From Octopus sinensis (lineage: Eukaryota), in assembly GCF_006345805.1 (NCBI RefSeq), contig NC_043005.1, forward strand, positions 104,966,001-105,030,000: a stretch of DNA of 64,000 nt, written 5' to 3'. Below are positions 39,020 through 51,988 of this stretch, piece by piece. The notes beneath the pieces are model-generated. The model worked only from the letters and a program-made list of their open reading frames with translations, was not told where the DNA came from and searched no databases. The translations under genes were made by a program, and so were the position numbers. Every line of letters starts with the position of its first letter. The stretch's first letter is position 1.

Positions 39020-39895
39020 CTGATGACTGAGGGCTTCGAATGTCCCGTCCTGTGGTTCTTGTGTCGTCTCCTAGGTGTTTCACGTTCTTGTCCCAGTTTG
39101 TATTTATTTTTTACTTTTTACATATATAATGGCGGCTTCTGTATCCATACCTCTGTCCTTATACGTTAAGTATTTTTTCTCTAGCATTGATACGACTCTT
39201 GATCTGTCTCTTTCTCTCTCTCTCCTCCTCCTTTATTCCCCTTCTTTCTTTCTCTCTTCATCCGTCCCCCCCCTCCTACGCTTCTCTACCTCTCTTACCT
39301 CCACTCCCCTCGATCTGTCTCTTTCTTCTCCTCCCTTGTCCACCTTCTCTCTCTCCTCATCTGTCCCTTTCTCCTGTCTTTTGTCCTCACGTGACCGCTA
39401 GCCACCGCTGGGCGCCCTTTTCGTTCCAGCAGTCGTCGAAGCAACACGTTTTTGTTTGTCTCCCGCGGCCATAAGGCACAACTCCATAAGCCAGCCCCAA
39501 CTCAACTCGTCCTGTCGAAAGACCCTTGTCCTACGTCCTGGTTTTGTTTTGTTTTTTATCCTTACCGTTATTGTTTTTACGTTTTTGTTTTCTTATTCGT
39601 GCTTTCCTTATTGTTTTCACGTATTCTGTATTTTTATTCGTGTACATCGTTCGTTTTCCGTCCTTGTGTTGTATACATTCGAAGCTTTCTTCCAAGGGAT
39701 CTAATGCGCTTGGCTTAGATTTCCCTTGGGGGCTGCCCAGATCGGAGCAATCTCAAGATTAATCAGCCGAAATTGCGAAGATGATATGGTTCTTGACTGA
39801 TGACTGAGGGCTTCGAATGTCCCGTCCTGTGGTTCTTGTGACGTCTCCTAGGTGTTTCACGTTCTTGTCCCAGTTTGTATTTATTTTTTACTTTT

Positions 39896-39905
<10 letters not shown>
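39017..39905 (+). mobile_element. Non-coding element with ~110-bp direct terminal repeats (777-bp period), Penelope pLTR/retrozyme-like
   Basis: 39017-39128 versus 39794-39905 differ by 1 substitution; both flanks are (TA)n; same family as 57754-58680. Confidence 0.8.
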
Positions 39906-39972
<67 letters not shown>

Positions 39973-39981
39973 TTATATATA

Positions 39982-40024
<43 letters not shown>

Positions 40025-40249
40025 GGGGGGTGTAATATATGCATATGTATCAATGTTTGTGTGGATCCATGTTTGTACGTACACATCCACTAAGCTGTAA
40101 TGAAATACATATAGTATACTAAGTCTACATTTAGAACTACGACTGATATTCAGTCTCTCTCTCACTTCACCCCCTCTCTCTCTCTCACGCTTTCCCACAG
40201 ATTTTATGTATATATACACACTTTAATACATATGTATACGTCTATACCC

Positions 40250-40283
<34 letters not shown>

Positions 40284-40570
40284 GCATGTATGTACGTATT
40301 TATGTACATATTAATATATCTACTGCATCTAAATAGACACGTGTGTATGTGCGTGTGTTTATGTGTTTTAGATGAAATATTTAATGAGTTGCTAATCTCC
40401 TACTTCCGGGCAACTAGGCGCCCGGTATTATTGCTGACAAACGGATGTAAAGCTCCCGTCTGGTTGTGTGTGGTTAGGTCCAGTGGGTGTGGCCACTAAA
40501 CCAGTAGCAAGAATTATAGCTTTGAAACATTGCTTATTATGTACGTCTGTTTATTGTTGTCATGAGCACG

Positions 40571-40599
40571 GTAGTAGTAGTAGTAGTAGTAGTAGTAAC

Positions 40600-40644
<45 letters not shown>

Positions 40645-40729
40645 GGTGGTGGTGTTGTTGGTGGTGGTAGTAGTAGTGCTGGTGGTGGTGGTAGTAGTAG
40701 TGCTGGTGGTGGTGGTAGTAGTAGTGCTG

Positions 40730-40810
<81 letters not shown>
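40571..40810. repeat. Compound (GTA)n/(GGT)n/(GCA)n array with a 24-bp higher-order unit repeated three times
   Basis: GGTGGTGGTGGTAGTAGTAGTGCT repeated. Confidence 0.9.
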
Positions 40811-41054
40811 ACAACTGTTGTTGCATGAGTTCTAGTAGTTGTTGGTGCTACTACATCTGTTTCATTCCGTCACTGCACCTAGTTTCCCGCGGACACGTCA
40901 ACATTGCACACCGAGTGACATATACACACACACACGAATACAAACATATATATATTCAGACAAATGCATACATGTATAAACACACACACATACACACAGA
41001 CACAGACACAACACAAACATAAGCGTGTGTGTATTTATGTACCTTTCAGTTTAA

Positions 41055-41085
41055 GATATGTTTCAGGTTTATTGATCTTCATCAG
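41055..41085 (-). ncRNA. Decayed hammerhead-like motif
   Basis: CUGAUGA-AGAUCAAUAAACCU-GAAA-CAUAUC; helix II and III are each one transition from AGGU/ACCU and ACAUGU; helix I not recoverable. Confidence 0.35.
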
Positions 41086-41185
41086 CGAATATTTTAGTTA
41101 AATTCTGTTAGTTGAATTCGATATTTAGTTAAATCTGATATTGCTTTATCTGTTGATAAAGATACTCTATGTGCATGCTTGCATA

Positions 41186-42197
41186 CGAAGGGTTGCCCAA
41201 AAGTAACCGGAATCATTCTCTATGGGTCAAGCCCATTGTAGTTCAGGCTATCGCCGCTACAAGCCACTTGATGCATCCCTCAGGCATCAGTCTGTCGACC
41301 GACGTCGTGGCGTGGGGTCGTACAGCCAAGCAGTGTATCTTTCTTTTACAGTGCTTCTCCTCTGTCCGACGATTTTTGTGATGGCTGAAACGAAGGAAAG
41401 GCGTATTTCTGTGAAATTCTGTTTTCTGCTGGGGTAAACGGAGGCAGAAACAGCTGTCATACTTCAAACAGCTTACAAGGACGCTGCCACGAGCAAAACA
41501 CATGTTTACAATTGATTTTTAGGCTTTAAGAATAGTCACTTGTCATTTGAAGACCAATCTCGTTCAGAGCGACCGTCAGCCTACCGAACGAATGGAAACA
41601 TTACGAATATTCATGAATTTGGAGGACCGTCACCGAACTTGTCTATATGACTGGAGTGTCCTGGAGCTCCTGCAACGATTATGATTTGTTTCATCGATGC
41701 AAAAAAGGAATTGTCCACACAATATTTGCTCCTTCTGGTCAAACTGTTAACCAGACATTTTACTTGGTAGCTCTGAAGCGTTTTCGAGACGCGGGGAGAC
41801 GAAAACATCCCGATCTGTGGCCAAGTGGAGAGTGGTGGTTTCTCCACGACAATGCGCCTGCGCACTGCCGCCTTGAGTGTAAGACAGTTCTTGACCAAAA
41901 ATGGCATGACCCCGCTTACCCACCCTTGTTATTCACCCGATCTTGCTCCCTGCAGCTTTCTTTTTGTTACCGTCAATGAAAAAAGTCCTTAAAAGAAACC
42001 ATTTTGTAGATGTGGAAAAGGTGACGAAAAAAAAACGACAGGAGTGTTAATAGACTGCTTGGAACAGCAGCAAACTCCTCTGGACCGATAGTGCATTACT
42101 TCAAATGGAGAATACTTTGAGGCGATAAAAGTGTAAATATATAAAACTAAGTGAATAAAATATTACAAAATTCCGGTTTCTTTTGGGTACGCCCTCG
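41186..42197 (+). mobile_element. Internally deleted mariner (DD34D, irritans-like) transposon, 1012 bp
   Basis: TA on both flanks; TIRs CGAAGGGTTGCCCAAAAGTAACCGGAAT / ATTCCGGTTTCTTTTGGGTACGCCCTCG; remnants MAETKERRISVKFCFLLG, WWFLHDNAPAH, PCYSPDLAPCSF; stops and frameshifts. Confidence 0.93.
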
Positions 42198-42556
42198 TAC
42201 ATCTATATGTGAACATTCATTCATTTCGAAAAGCTTTTCCTGTTCATGATTTCTTCGACATGCATATACATATACATACATACATACACACACACACGCA
42301 CGCTCATGAACATATACATTTGCACACACGCATATATATACATATATATATATCCTTGTGCAATGTACGTACGCCCGCGCTCTCTCTCACACACATGCAC
42401 ACACACGTCCATCACATGATCGCGGGCCTTGTTACTAACCTTATTACTAACCGTAAAATTCATCCACATTGCGTGTAGTTTATACATATACACATAATCC
42501 GCAACGTTCTGTTATCAATTTATACACTCTCTTAAATTATAAATGATTGGGTTACG

Positions 42557-42594
<38 letters not shown>

Positions 42595-42904
42595 GTGTGT
42601 GTGTTTCTGAGGGCCATTCATTTGCGCCAACAGAAGAGAAATATGGTGGTGTGATGTGTTCATTGTGTTGAACTAGGATTAAGATACATTTTGAATTCAT
42701 AAGAGAATCTCTAGGATGCCACTTGAACACATTCATGCTCATAATGCTACCATTAGAAGGAACTTTTGCTCAGTTATATCCGACCTGTAACAAACATGTC
42801 TCCTCTGTAACAAGCATATTTGTAATATCCAAATAGGAAACATGTATTAGATATTTTTTAGTTTGGGGTTGAAGCCATCTTTCTTTGTTTTTTTAATATT
42901 TTCC

Positions 42905-43325
42905 TTTTTTCAGTCATTGAACTGCAGCCATGCTGAAGAACCGCCTTGAGGAATTCTAGTCGAGCTAATTCACCCCAGAAGTTATTCTCTGTTTATAACC
43001 TGGTACTTATTAAATCGGTCGTCTTTGCCGAACCACTGGCTTACGGGAACATAAACACTCCAAAACGGTTGTCAAGCGGTGGTAGTAGACAAGGACGGAC
43101 ACAAAGACACACACACACACACTAACATACACACTCGCGTGCACACACATACACACATACGACGAGCTTCTTTCAGTTTCCGTCCACCAGGTCAACTCAC
43201 AAGACTTTGGTCGGCACGAGACTATAATAGAAGTTACTTGCCCAAAGTGCCATGCAGTCGGACTGAACCCGGAACCACGTAGTTGGGAAGCAGCAAACTT
43301 CTTACCACACAGCCTCACCTGCATC
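42905..43325 (-). mobile_element. Older full-length SINE family 1
   Basis: Colinear with 55091-55501 but more diverged. Confidence 0.8.
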
Positions 43326-44302
43326 TATTACCATCATTTTTCGGAGAGATTTTGATACACCTTGTACAATTTCTGTGCTGGGAGACATGATCTGCTTCAT
43401 GAACCGAATTATCGTTTAGTGTTGTTAGATGGCTCACCTAACTTAATGAGAATTATAGAGTTTTTGGTAACCTTCAATTTGACACACATTAATATTTAAT
43501 CCATGCTCCAAAACTGCTCTGTTCCAGCACACCTGTAATCAAATAGGTTCCAACCATTTGATATATTACATCATATATTTCATCGAATATTCCATCTTTT
43601 ACTGCACACAGGTGTGATTTGAGGGAGATTTGACTGCCGATTCTAGCAGTTAGATGGTCACAAATTACTTCTATTGTTGGTTCTGTATTTGGTTATTTTC
43701 CATTCCAGGTGATAATTGATCAAAGTGTTAATAGTTGTAGTCTAAATCATTTAAACAGAAGGAAATTGCATGTGTCAGAATGAGGATGCGCTCTATCGTT
43801 AGCTATCGCATACAGCTAGCGGTATCGAAACACACACACGCTCGCGCGCGCGCGCACACTCATATGCAAGCACAGACAGACACGCACACCCACACATATC
43901 TTTGTACATACATGCAAACAAAATTACATTCATACCTGTACTCATACACAAACACACACACACACATGCAGATAGTCATCTAAGCATCCATAAGTCGGAA
44001 AAAAAGCGGGGACATTTATATAATATGGTATCACGGACCCGTTTCAGTACATTTTGCTAATTGGTTTCATACACGAGAATTTGGGAAGCCAATTTCGGTA
44101 CTCATCAGAGACTTATAGGAAAGGTATAGCGTAAGGTCCATGACGCTGGGGGTCTTTTTGACTCCTAATGTCATGGAATACCAAACCTTCTGACTAGTGT
44201 TGAGATTGGTTTTCCAGAACTTTAGTATGCGATCCCCACTGGTAAAATTGACATGAAAATGGGACTACATTATTGTAACACATGAATAATATTTATTTGT
44301 AT

Positions 44303-44661
44303 GAGCGCAAGCGTTGCTGAGTGGTAAGAAGCTTGATTCCCAAACACATGGTTTAGGGTTCAGCCCCACTGTGTGGGATCTTGGGCAAGTGTCTTCTTTG
44401 GTTGACAGAAACTGAATGAAGCCCGTCATATATAATATATATGTGTGTGTGAGTTTGTCCCCCCCACCACCACTACTGCTTGACAACCGGCCTTGATGCA
44501 TTTACTTTCCCGTAACTTAGCGGCTCGGCTAAAGAGATCGATAGAAGAAGTACATGACTTAAAAAATAAGTTAGTGTCGTCGATTCAGTCAACTAATTTT
44601 TCAAAGCGATGCCCCAGCATGGTCACAGTCTAATGATTGAAACCAGTAACAAATAAAAGAT
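44303..44661 (+). mobile_element. SINE family 1 copy with an internal deletion
   Basis: GAGCGCAAGCGTTGCTGAGTGGTAAGAAGC..GGGTTCAGCCCC..CTTGGGCAAGTGTCTT..CCCCAGCATGGTCACAGTCTAATGA. Confidence 0.8.
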
Positions 44662-44689
44662 GTGTACCTGTCTCTCAATTTCTCTCTCT

Positions 44690-44726
<37 letters not shown>

Positions 44727-44739
44727 ACACACACACACA

Positions 44740-44776
<37 letters not shown>

Positions 44777-46047
44777 CAGGGTGTCCCTAAAAAGTGTATA
44801 CACACTTTAAATAATTGTGAAGTAGGTGTTTATTAAAATACATTTCATTTTCAAAATTTAATAGCATGTACAGACATTATTTTATTGTTTTGTCAGCGCC
44901 TGTTTTCAAACTGACGTCCGTCCTGCTCCAGGCACTGCTGACAACTCGAAGCGATGTAATCGCAAACATCACGAAATAATTCGTTTGGTATTTGTGTGCA
45001 TTTTCGTTCAATGGCTGCTCTGAAATCAGCAATTGTTACAGGTTTCATAGCGTAGACTTTGTCTTTTAGGTATCCCCATAAAAATGTCTAGTGATGTGAG
45101 GAGGTCTGGTGAACGCGGAGGGTATTCAACGAAACCCCTTTGTCCAATTCACCTATATGGCAAGATCTCATCAAGGACGGATCAAACATCGCGATGGTTG
45201 TGTGGTGGGGTGCCCCATCTTGCTGAAAATAAAACTCCTCATCTTCAAAGTCTTCTCTAATGCTTGGCATGACAGACTTTTGCAGCAAGTTCAAGTAAAC
45301 GGGACCAGTCACTGTAGCGTCAAAAAAAGAATGGTCCAGTTAATCCTCTTGATGCTAATCCACACCACAGTGTAACTCCTGGTAAATTAACATGGTGTTC
45401 CACCATAACACGTGGATACTCAGGTCCCCAGTAAGTGCAACTGTGGCGGTTAATTGTACCACTTAATTTGAATATAGCCTCATCACTCCACACAATCTTT
45501 GTTGGAAAGTGTGCATCTTCTACACATCGTGTCAAGTACCACTCGTAGTACTGCATTCTTTGATCTCAATCATCGTCATTAATAGCATGGACTAATCTTG
45601 GAACGTAACTTTTCCATTGACAATGTTTCAAAATGTGTAAGACAGACGATTTTGAAATCCCTACCTCACGACTCGCTTGCCGCACGGATTTTCTTGGACT
45701 TTGGGGATACTTTTCCAGCACTCCTTCTTGCTTTGTGGGGGTTGGCAATGTTTGTGGTCTTCCTGAACGTTTCTCGTGGACATTCTGAGCAGTTCCATTA
45801 GCTTCAAACTTATCTCCAATTCGGGTGATGGTCAGTCGCGTTGCTGGATCTGTTTGAAACTTCCTCCTAAACTATCTTTGGACTTCAACTGCGTTTTCAC
45901 ACTTCCAGTACAAATTTAGAATGAATTTTCTTTGTTCAAAGTTTAGTCCGACTTCCATCATTGATTCCAGTGAGTTTAATCTGTATAGAAAAAGCATCAA
46001 TTGAGTTATTAGTTGCTAAAGTGTGTATACATTTTTGGGACACCCAG
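44777..46047 (-). mobile_element. Near full-length dead Tc1/mariner-superfamily transposon, DD41D-like (rosa/Visitor)
   Basis: TIRs CAGGGTGTCCCTAAAAAGTGTATACACACTTTA at both ends; transposase (about 45956 to 44893) [47 protein letters not shown]; about 41 residues between D2 and D3 after frameshift repair. Confidence 0.9.
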
Positions 46048-46467
46048 TGCACATATGTGTGTGTGTGTATGCAGGCAGACATACACACACATATACGCAC
46101 CTACGCGCGACCTTCCACCACCACTCACATATATATTAGAAACAAATTATTGATATTTCTTCTTGATTACAATCGTTTCAATGATCTCATTAAAAAAATT
46201 AAAATCAATTATTGTTTTTACAGACCTATCATTTAAGACAAAGATTTCGAATTAATTTGTTGCCTGTGATTACTTCATCTTTATGAGACTCATCTACGTT
46301 ATAGCCTAAATCCACACATATGCTCTTTATACGTTAAGTGTACCACATTGAAATATGAGTTTAACATGGTCTGAATATCTGTCTTAATCCATAGAGGATC
46401 ATCTTACGCATTAGCACATCAGAAACTATATAAATAAGTATATGTATTTGTGTGTGTGTGTGTGTGT

Positions 46468-46503
<36 letters not shown>

Positions 46504-46575
46504 CTGTCTGTGCTGAGAGAAAAAAAGAAAGAAATAGGGAGATTATACTTATATATATACATTTTTTGACATATA

Positions 46576-46607
<32 letters not shown>

Positions 46608-46932
46608 TATGTGTATGTACATATATATATATATACGTACACATACTCACATATGTATATTTATGTATATATATATATGTGTGTGTGTGTGTGTATGCGT
46701 ATTATTGGCGTAATGACCCTCCCAAAACACGAGATAGAGTAGGAGAGTAGAAACAGAGTAAGCTCGTCGCAATTATACCGTGGGGTGCGGAAGTTCATAC
46801 ATTCTAATAGCTCTCTCTTACTCCCCGATCCACAGTCATTAAGGGTGAACTCTACTCTGTATACGATATACATACATATATATGTGTGTGTGTGTATGCG
46901 TGCGTGTGTGTAAGTATGCATATGTATGTAAG

Positions 46933-46966
<34 letters not shown>

Positions 46967-47169
46967 TATGTAAGTTTACAATAGAACTGCTCCCTGCCAC
47001 CACCGCCATAAGCACCACCACCTACATCACCACCATTACCATCAGCAGTACTGAATGTTCCACATTTCTTTTTAGTTCAACTTAAAGAGAAATTACCAGT
47101 AATTATGCAAATTACTTCTCATTATATGAGTTGGTACAAATGTCTTATTTTCATCAGTTTTATTATTAC

Positions 47170-47200
<31 letters not shown>

Positions 47201-47604
47201 GTTGTTGTTGTTGTTGTTTTTTTGTTATTGTTTTTGTTGTTGTTGGCACTATTATTGTTGTTTTCTTGTTGTTGTTGTTATTATTAATATTATTATTGTT
47301 GTTTCTAATATAGGACATTTAACAAAAATACGAAAGATATAAATTTCCTGACAGAACACTTCCAAACGGCGCCAAGTACTATAACCGATAGTATGGTCAT
47401 GTGATCATGGAACGACCCGTTTGTAAGAAGCTAATCGACAGATCTAGTCTGTAAAGTTGATAAAGTCTCAAAATCTGTTGGGTGGCAGAGAAAAATAAAA
47501 TACAGTTTAGTAATATATATGGCGGTGCCCCAGCATGGCCACAGCTTATAAGCTGAAACTAGAATCAATCAATCAATCATATATATATATTTATATATAG
47601 TTAA

Positions 47605-47806
47605 TCCAAATATGAAAACACAAAGAGAAAATACAACAACGCGAGGACGTGGAACAAGTATAGTGTTATTAAACGCTCAGGAAAGGAAAGAAAGAAGGAG
47701 GATTTAACGTTTCGAGCGGAGCTCTTCGTCAGAAACATAGATAAAGGAAAGGCCCAAGGAAGGGAAGACGGAGAAAGAAAATCACCAACGATACACACGT
47801 GGTTAC

Positions 47807-47812
<6 letters not shown>
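47605..47812 (-). mobile_element. Solitary Penelope-type terminal repeat between (TA)n tracts
   Basis: Contains the hammerhead at 47702-47736; pyrimidine-rich context like 36018-36130 and 60700-60870. Confidence 0.7.
47702..47736 (-). ncRNA. Minimal type I hammerhead ribozyme with an intact core
   Basis: GUUU-CUGACGA-A-GAGC UCC GCUC-GAAAC-GUU-AAAU: full CUGANGA/GAAA core, 4-bp helix II, 4-bp helix I, palindromic ACGU helix III. Confidence 0.75.
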
Positions 47813-47888
<76 letters not shown>

Positions 47889-48744
47889 TGTTTTTTGGTA
47901 GTGGCCGTGTGGTGGAGTCTTGCCATAGTTGAACTCACTTAAGTTAAAACACTCTTTCTAATCTGCTAAAAGAGCTAATTAACATTAATTTATAGAAGAA
48001 ATTAAAACTAATTACCAGGAGAGGGAATTAACAAGAATTGACAGCTGGATCATATGCACCGCTTGAGGTGCTGTCGAAAGGAGTGGAGATAATTTTAAAA
48101 TTCATTACGTCATCATTTTATTCAAAATATGGGTTTTAGTTTAAAGAGCAATTTAAATTATTTATTTAATTAATGTATAATTTAAATGGCATAGATATAC
48201 TTGAAGAAGCACAACGAATAGGGTTGTTTCTGGCTGAATTGGAATGGTGTTGCTGCAACAATCCTATCACAGAAATTGACAAGGAGATATATTCTGGGCC
48301 ATCGGAGTAGAGTTAAATAACTATGAAAAATAAAGGAAGACATGCTCTGCTCTGCTCTACTGGAAAACTAAACAGTGAGGTATGAAATATGAATCAAATT
48401 TCCATCTATCGTATTGAGAAGCATAATCATAGCTTAATTACCAATTCTAGTTACAAAGGATTTTGTGAAGAAGCTTTTGCCAGAAAAGCATGTGGCAAGT
48501 AAGTATGACCTTGGTAGTGGAATAACAATTTCAGACATGTTCCTGTCTTGTTAAACCTTCTCAGCAAAGTATAGTCTATACCAATAGCAAAGATGACTTT
48601 TAAAATATCTTAAGATATGTTGGGAACTGAACATTAAATAGTGTAATATCTAATATCGGAGTAGATACTCAGGTTCACATTCTGTGTCAATTCGAAATAG
48701 TAAAGTCCCTGCTAATATTATATAGAGATCCTAAGGTTGGGAAT

Positions 48745-48955
48745 TGGTAGAAACACCAGCACGCAGGGCAAAATGTTTAGTTGCATTTCGCCTGTCTTGA
48801 AGTTCTGAGTTCAAATTACACCGTGGTTGACTTTGCCTTTCATCCTTTCGGGGTCGATGAAATAGACACCAATTGAGTACTGGGGTATATTTAATCGATT
48901 TAGCCCCTTCTCACAAAACTGCTGGCTTTGTGCCAAAATTTTAGACCAGTATTAT
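48745..48955 (+). mobile_element. SINE family 2
   Basis: TTCTGAGTTCAAATTACACCGTGGTTGACTTTGCCTTTCATCCTTTCGGGGTCGATGAAAT...GAGTACTGGGG...TAGCCCC. Confidence 0.8.
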
Positions 48956-49755
48956 ATAGAGATGCAAGAAATTGTCAACTGAAACATGTCTAGATTTGTC
49001 TCCGTGTGTCCAAAATAACTGACGCACCAAAATACCTATGTTTTATTCTTAATTAATATTAATTAAAACGTCAGCCTTCCCCCTGTCCTCCCTGACAAAC
49101 TAAAAGTAAATTTTTAAAAAAATTATCACTAAGTTAGTGCTTTCTTCTTCTCTCTACGAGTGTAATATTAATTAAATTTTATCGATTCACTCCGTTAAGT
49201 ATTTTGGCATCGATTTTATCATCTTTTATAAGTTTAAATCAATGGTAGGAGCGAAATTTTGTGAGGTTTCTCTAAAAGCTTTACTGTCTCTTAGAGCTAA
49301 TTCTGTGATGGACCGCCTACCAATCCAGGAGAAAAGATAATTTCAGCAGGGTCAGAATGGGAAACGCTGCGGCACAATGTGACGTAACGTATACTTTAGT
49401 AAGTCACTCAACCTTGTTACAAACAGTGACAAAATCTTACAAAAAATTTATCTTACTGTCTTGCTAAAGGAAGGAGAGACTAGACATTAAATGATCCAGC
49501 AAATTTTATCTCTGGAAAGAAAAGTGTAGACGACTGTCACTGTAAGAACACCTTTGATCGGAGATCTCGCTTAGAAAATCTTGGACAAAAGAAGAATGGC
49601 AGCAGCAACATAAGTAACAACAACAACATTCTGTTAATGGGTGGTTTACAAAAATAAGAACGGAAACAATATTTCGTGTTTGTTCCTTCCTTTCATTGAA
49701 ATATTTCTGCTGTATCTAAATTAGTTATTTGTCTTCAGCACAATATAACTGAAAT

Positions 49756-50382
49756 CAGGGCCGTTGCCAAGCCCCTGCAAACCCTACGGTCGCATGAGAT
49801 TTCCGCGGTTGAGGGGCCCCATGTTACGCTCAAAGTATGTAGATGAGTCATCTATTTACTTTGGTTAAGATGTTGAGCAAGAATTAAACTATGTTAACTG
49901 AAAATTTCAAGAAATAAAATGGCGATGCATTGTACCTGCAAAAGTTCTTGTAAAAATACTACATTGTACCACGAACGTGTATCAGACATTGTGGCTTGTT
50001 TATGATATCCACTGAACACGAACTTAGCTCTCAACTTGATTATTCTGAACTGATCGATGATTTCACGCAACGAAACGTTCGCCGTGTCTGTCTTTCAAAG
50101 TTGCCATGATTATAAAAGAGCCCTTTTATTTATATCTGGAAGTTTTACTAATTGAAATTTCTAACAGGCTTAAATAGGCACAAAAAGAAAATTACTCTCT
50201 CCAGACACAACAGAATAAATTTGACTTGTACTTTTAAAGATGTTCTTATTTGAACTTCAGATAGACTAAAATAAAATGTAGCTATGAGTAGAAGGTGCGT
50301 AGATTATGGATTTTGATTGAAGGGATGGGGCACCGAAACAAAAAGTTGCAGGGGGTGCTCTAAAAATCACGCGACGGAGCTG
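49756..50382 (+). mobile_element. Non-autonomous hAT element with an 8-bp TSD
   Basis: TIRs CAGGGCCGTTGC / GCGACGGAGCTG; TSD ACTGAAAT / ACTGAAAC; remnant LCGLFMISTEHELSSQLDYSELIDDFTQRNVRR resembles the hAT C-terminal dimerisation domain (about 49989-50109). Confidence 0.82.
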
Positions 50383-50672
50383 ACTGAAACGTTATCACAA
50401 GAACCAAAGTTTTGCATAGAAAGGCAAAACATAGAAAATAATAGAATTATTAGTTAATTAACTAGTTAATTAGCTTAATTTAGTTTAGGTTGATTGATAG
50501 ATGGGTGGGTAGGTAGAAAGAGAGAGATAGACAGACAGACAGACAGACAGACATGGTGAGATGGCTAGCTGATAGTTAAGTAGGCAGGCTAATAGATAGA
50601 TAGGTGCCCATAGACATAAATAAGTTTATATATGAGATAGTAGTGAGATAGATAGGCTGATGTGTTACAAAG

Positions 50673-50710
<38 letters not shown>

Positions 50711-51028
50711 AGAGAGTGGCAGACAGACAAACAGAGACAGAGACAGATGGATAGCTGATAGTTGAGTAGGCAGACGATAGATAGATAACTAGATACACAG
50801 ACAGAGAAACTGACAGACAGGCAGGTGTCCATAGACATGAATGGGTTTATATATGAGATAGTAGCGAGATAGAAAGGCTGAAGTGTTACAAAGACTCAGA
50901 GAGAGAAAGAGAGAGAAACTGAGATGTAGATAGAAACGCAGGTAGAATGGTGGCTAGATGAGCATGAAACTGATATATAGAAGGTAATTTGAAATACAAC
51001 AATATTGATAACTTATGTAAATACTTAG

Positions 51029-51260
<232 letters not shown>

Positions 51261-51756
51261 GATGGAAATATAAAGATGCACAGATATATATACTCAATTT
51301 AATACAAGAAGAGTAAATATCACCAGTCTTAGGGGCAATGCATTTGATGGGCAGTAACAATAACGCAGAATATTTTGGGCATGATTAGCACATAATCAAG
51401 TCTAAAAACCCAAATGCTGCTTTCACTAAGGTTTTCCAGCATAACAACGAATAAACATTACAAATGGAACTTTCCCAAACAAATTTTCTGCACTTATTTA
51501 CATCCATTGTATATCTGTGCACTCTGATGATAGTTAAGAGTTATGGTCATTATGTGTTTATGTAATGTACATATGCACACATACACATTTGTACATACAC
51601 ACACAGACGTATGTGAGGCTATGCATGTTTTTTGTGTGAGGGTGAGAGAGCCTACTTATAGATGAAATGGTGATAGTAAGCGCATTATTGATAGCATGCG
51701 TATAAAGTTATAAGAATAAGTTTCAGAACTATCTACAAACACACACACACATACAC

Positions 51757-51787
<31 letters not shown>

Positions 51788-51918
51788 TGCACACTACACT
51801 ACACCAAACAAACGCACAGACACACATCCGCAACACACAAACACAAACACATGTCTATGGTATGTATTAGGTGTATATTTCAATACGTGTACTTTTATGC
51901 ATGAGTATATATAAATGG

Positions 51919-51988
<70 letters not shown>

